In this document: positions 61,532 through 64,000 of the stretch, in pieces
Numbering within the stretch: position 1 is the first letter of the stretch
Layout: each line of letters begins with the position of its first letter
Source: Geopsychrobacteraceae bacterium
Lineage (GTDB): Bacteria; Desulfobacterota; Desulfuromonadia; Desulfuromonadales; Geopsychrobacteraceae
Direction: 5' to 3'
Length of the DNA: 64,000 nt
Assembly: GCA_963662315.1 (NCBI GenBank)
Contig: OY759353.1
Span: 2,016,001 to 2,080,000 of the forward strand
Notes under the pieces: generated by a model
What the model was told of the DNA's origin: nothing
The model's input: the letters and a program-made list of their open reading frames with translations, nothing else
Database searches by the model: none
Position numbers and translations under genes: made by a program

Positions 61532-61917
61532 GTTATTCTCCAATGCATAGTGCTCATTGCGCCCCCCTTGGCCAGCGGAAGCAACACAATCACGTCAAAC
61601 GTCATCAAGATGTTCCTCTTTTCGGCTCTCCTGCTTACCGGCTATGTAGTCATTTTGTTCGCTTTTCGTATGTTATTTCAAACAGTTATATACGTTCTGT
61701 TACAATTGCTACATGCTCTGAAATATTGATAAGAACCCAGCATGGGCTACCCGCGACACAGGGTGACAACAGCCGAGTTCTCAATTTGAAGAAAATGAAA
61801 TAGCGAAGCGAAGGTTCAGATAAGGGTTGAACAAATAGTCAGGGATTAGAGTCAGCCCGAGAACTGACCGGCTGAAGGGAAGGGAGCGGGTTCATCCTTG
61901 AACCCTGATTCTGCTAT

Positions 61918-62691
61918 TTACTTACGACCATCTCCGGTTAGAAGATAGCCAGCGCCACGGACGGTTTTAAGATAACGCGGGTGAAGCGAATCATCACCGA
62001 TCTTGCTCCGGATCCGTGAAATATAAATATCGATAGAACGATCAAAACCATTATATTCAGTATTGTAAAGGTAACGATGAATGTCATCTCGGCTCAGAAC
62101 TATGCGGGCATTCTGGGCCAGGCACCAGAGAACATCGAATTCCCGAGTCGTCAGTTCAACAATGGTGTTACTGGTCCGCACCTCGCGCCGTCCCGCGTCA
62201 ATCACCAGTTGCCCCAGCTGAATCACCTGATTATTGGCCGTTTGAAACTCCTGTGAACGGCGTATGACAGCCCTTATTTTGGCGATGAGCAATGCCAGGC
62301 TCATCGGTTTGAGCAGAAATTCGTCTACTCCCATTTCCAGACCGAGAACTTGCAGCATTTCGTCAGCCTGATTAGCCAGAACCAAAAGCGGCCCCTGATA
62401 GGAAGACCTGAGTTGACGACAGCGACCAATCTCTTCCATGGTAGGCACATTGAAAATGATGAGGATCAAATCCGGTGGTCCACTGGCAAAGTCTTCCTCC
62501 ATCAACTGCCTTGAGAAAAGTTCATGGACTTTGAATCCTTCGTGAATAAAACCATCTAAAAATTCTTTCTGGATTTTCTCTTCACTGAACAAGTACAGCT
62601 GTTTTCCTTCAGTGAGAGACAATTGTGAGTACTCAGGACTTTTCATTGCCGCATAGGCAACATTGTCTTGTTTGATAAAATACATAGGCAA
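61918..62691 (-). CDS. Atypical OmpR/RstA-family response regulator
   Basis: wHTH LTTREFD..FDRSIDIYISRIR..KTVRGAGY; degenerate receiver; start uncertain. Confidence 0.85.
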   Translation of the reverse strand: MPMYFIKQDNVAYAAMKSPEYSQLSLTEGKQLYLFSEEKIQKEFLDGFIHEGFKVHELFSRQLMEEDFASGPPDLILIIFNVPTMEEIGRCRQLRSSYQGPLLVLANQADEMLQVLGLEMGVDEFLLKPMSLALLIAKIRAVIRRSQEFQTANNQVIQLGQLVIDAGRREVRTSNTIVELTTREFDVLWCLAQNARIVLSRDDIHRYLYNTEYNGFDRSIDIYISRIRSKIGDDSLHPRYLKTVRGAGYLLTGDGRK

Positions 62692-63123
62692 CTCTGATTC
62701 AAGATTAGTAAGCGGTTGTAGACTCTCTGCTTTCCACCATAGGAGTTCTTGTAAAACGACAGAAAAGAGCGTCCCCTTCTGGTCTATTAAGACCAGAAAA
62801 TATTAAAATAATTCAATAACGTAGGATTATACCTGGAAATTCATGTATTGATTCAAATGTTACAGAAAAGCTATACGGTGAATTATTTTGAAAAACTAAC
62901 CAAAAAAAGAGGAAGAAATATGAAAGAAATAAGGAAATTGGCAGCACCCGCAAAAAAATAATGATTTCTTAATTTCAGCAATAAACTTCTGCCCAAAATT
63001 GCCGAAAAGTACAGTGTTCATGTCCACGGAGGGATATTATCTTTGACCTGAATGATTGGTAGCCCAGACCTAGACCAATAATCATTCACAAGAAATATCA
63101 ACCTTCACAAATCGAGAATTGGT

Positions 63124-64000
63124 TTGAAAATCAACCTCACATACCGGTTTTTCCTGTCGATACTCATTGCCACAAGCCTTACAGCAACTGGCTTTATCCT
63201 GGTCGCCTGTTGGCACCTGGACCGGGAATTCCTCAGCTTCATCAGAGAGAGCGAGCGTGAAAGCTGCTGTCATCTAGCCGCGATCCTGGAGGAATATTAT
63301 GGCGCAACCAGCAGCTGGGAACCACTTATTGAAAACCGGGAACCCCGTCACAGACCATCTTTTGCCGCCCAGAGGGAAACCAGCGGACGAGCACTTAATG
63401 CGTTCCAACCGGAAAAAAGATCCCTCCCCCCTCATGCCATGGCCGCCCTTAGTCATCGTTTTGCTCTGCTTGATCAACACAAGGAGGGTTTGGTCGGGGC
63501 GCTTCCCCCCGATGAAAACATGGAGCTGACGCCGCTGGTCCACAAATCACAGACCGTAGGCTTTCTGGCTCTAAAACCAACGCAACAACTAACCGAGGTG
63601 CGCCATCTCGATTTCCTACGCAGCCAATATCAATTTTTCACCGGCTTCGGAATCTTCATCGTCCTGGCCGTGGCAAGCTTTTCACTTTGGCAGATCAGGC
63701 GCCTCATGCAGCCCATTAATGAATTAGCCCAAGCAACCCATAAACTCACCAGTGGGGAATTTTCCAACCGTATTCCCGTAACGCCCAATAACGAATTGGG
63801 TCAATTAGCCAATGACTTTAATATGCTTGCCCTGACTCTGGAAAAAAACGAGCAGTCACGTCGCCAGTGGATCGCCGATATTTCCCATGAACTGAGAACC
63901 CCGATAGGAATTCTGCGCGGGGAAATCGAAGCTCTGATGGACGGTGTTCGCCAGGCCGACGATAAAGCCTTCGAATCACTACATGCCGAAACCATGCGTC
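63124..64000 (+). CDS. BaeS-like sensor histidine kinase, 5' part (cut by window end)
   Basis: Manual translation from TTG 63124 stays open to the window end: two TM helices, HAMP (NELGQLANDFN), H-box ADISHELRTP. Confidence 0.88.
   Translation, partial: MKINLTYRFFLSILIATSLTATGFILVACWHLDREFLSFIRESERESCCHLAAILEEYYGATSSWEPLIENREPRHRPSFAAQRETSGRALNAFQPEKRSLPPHAMAALSHRFALLDQHKEGLVGALPPDENMELTPLVHKSQTVGFLALKPTQQLTEVRHLDFLRSQYQFFTGFGIFIVLAVASFSLWQIRRLMQPINELAQATHKLTSGEFSNRIPVTPNNELGQLANDFNMLALTLEKNEQSRRQWIADISHELRTPIGILRGEIEALMDGVRQADDKAFESLHAETMR

Noticed and set aside
61556..61660. sigma54 or sigma28 promoter for flgD
   Set aside because: The GG..GC spacing is 11 rather than 10, and the GCCGATAA-like words lack a TAAA at the right distance.

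Overview
Bacterial chromosome segment, mostly coded on the minus strand. Gene content suggests a Desulfuromonadales/Geobacter-like anaerobe (inference). Core genes: the start of a complex I operon (nuoA, fused nuoBCD, E, F, G, H), rnhA, purA, hisZ, pepA, mnmH/selU, purT, cheV, a compact flagellar hook module (flgD-TIGR02530-flgE-flgN-flgK-flgL) and a BaeS-like kinase cut by the window end. Accessory DNA sits at tRNA genes. Three complete tRNA-Glu cassettes, two paired with tRNA-Lys and each with its own promoter, separate a sucrose operon (sps-spp-pfkB-ams) and an arsenic cluster (arsR, arsP, thioredoxins, DsbD, gapdh-arsJ, acr3, phosphatase, no arsC). A structured tRNA-linked repeat occurs twice and shows one covarying base pair. 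Downstream of tRNA-fMet lie a variant Fic gene, an aspartate two-component/AspA/GltP module with a sigma54 promoter, ada-alkA/ogt and an FG-GAP lipoprotein. The best candidate for an undescribed system follows: a GntR-linked operon of a Cys-rich L-fucose/arabinose-isomerase-like enzyme, an ACP-like protein with a Cys loop, and a SufS/SufE pair. Other notable items are a collapsed duplicate of the gntR locus, an orphan DnaA-box cluster and an OmpR-type regulator lacking the phospho-acceptor Asp. No CRISPR array, rRNA, integrase or transposase was seen.
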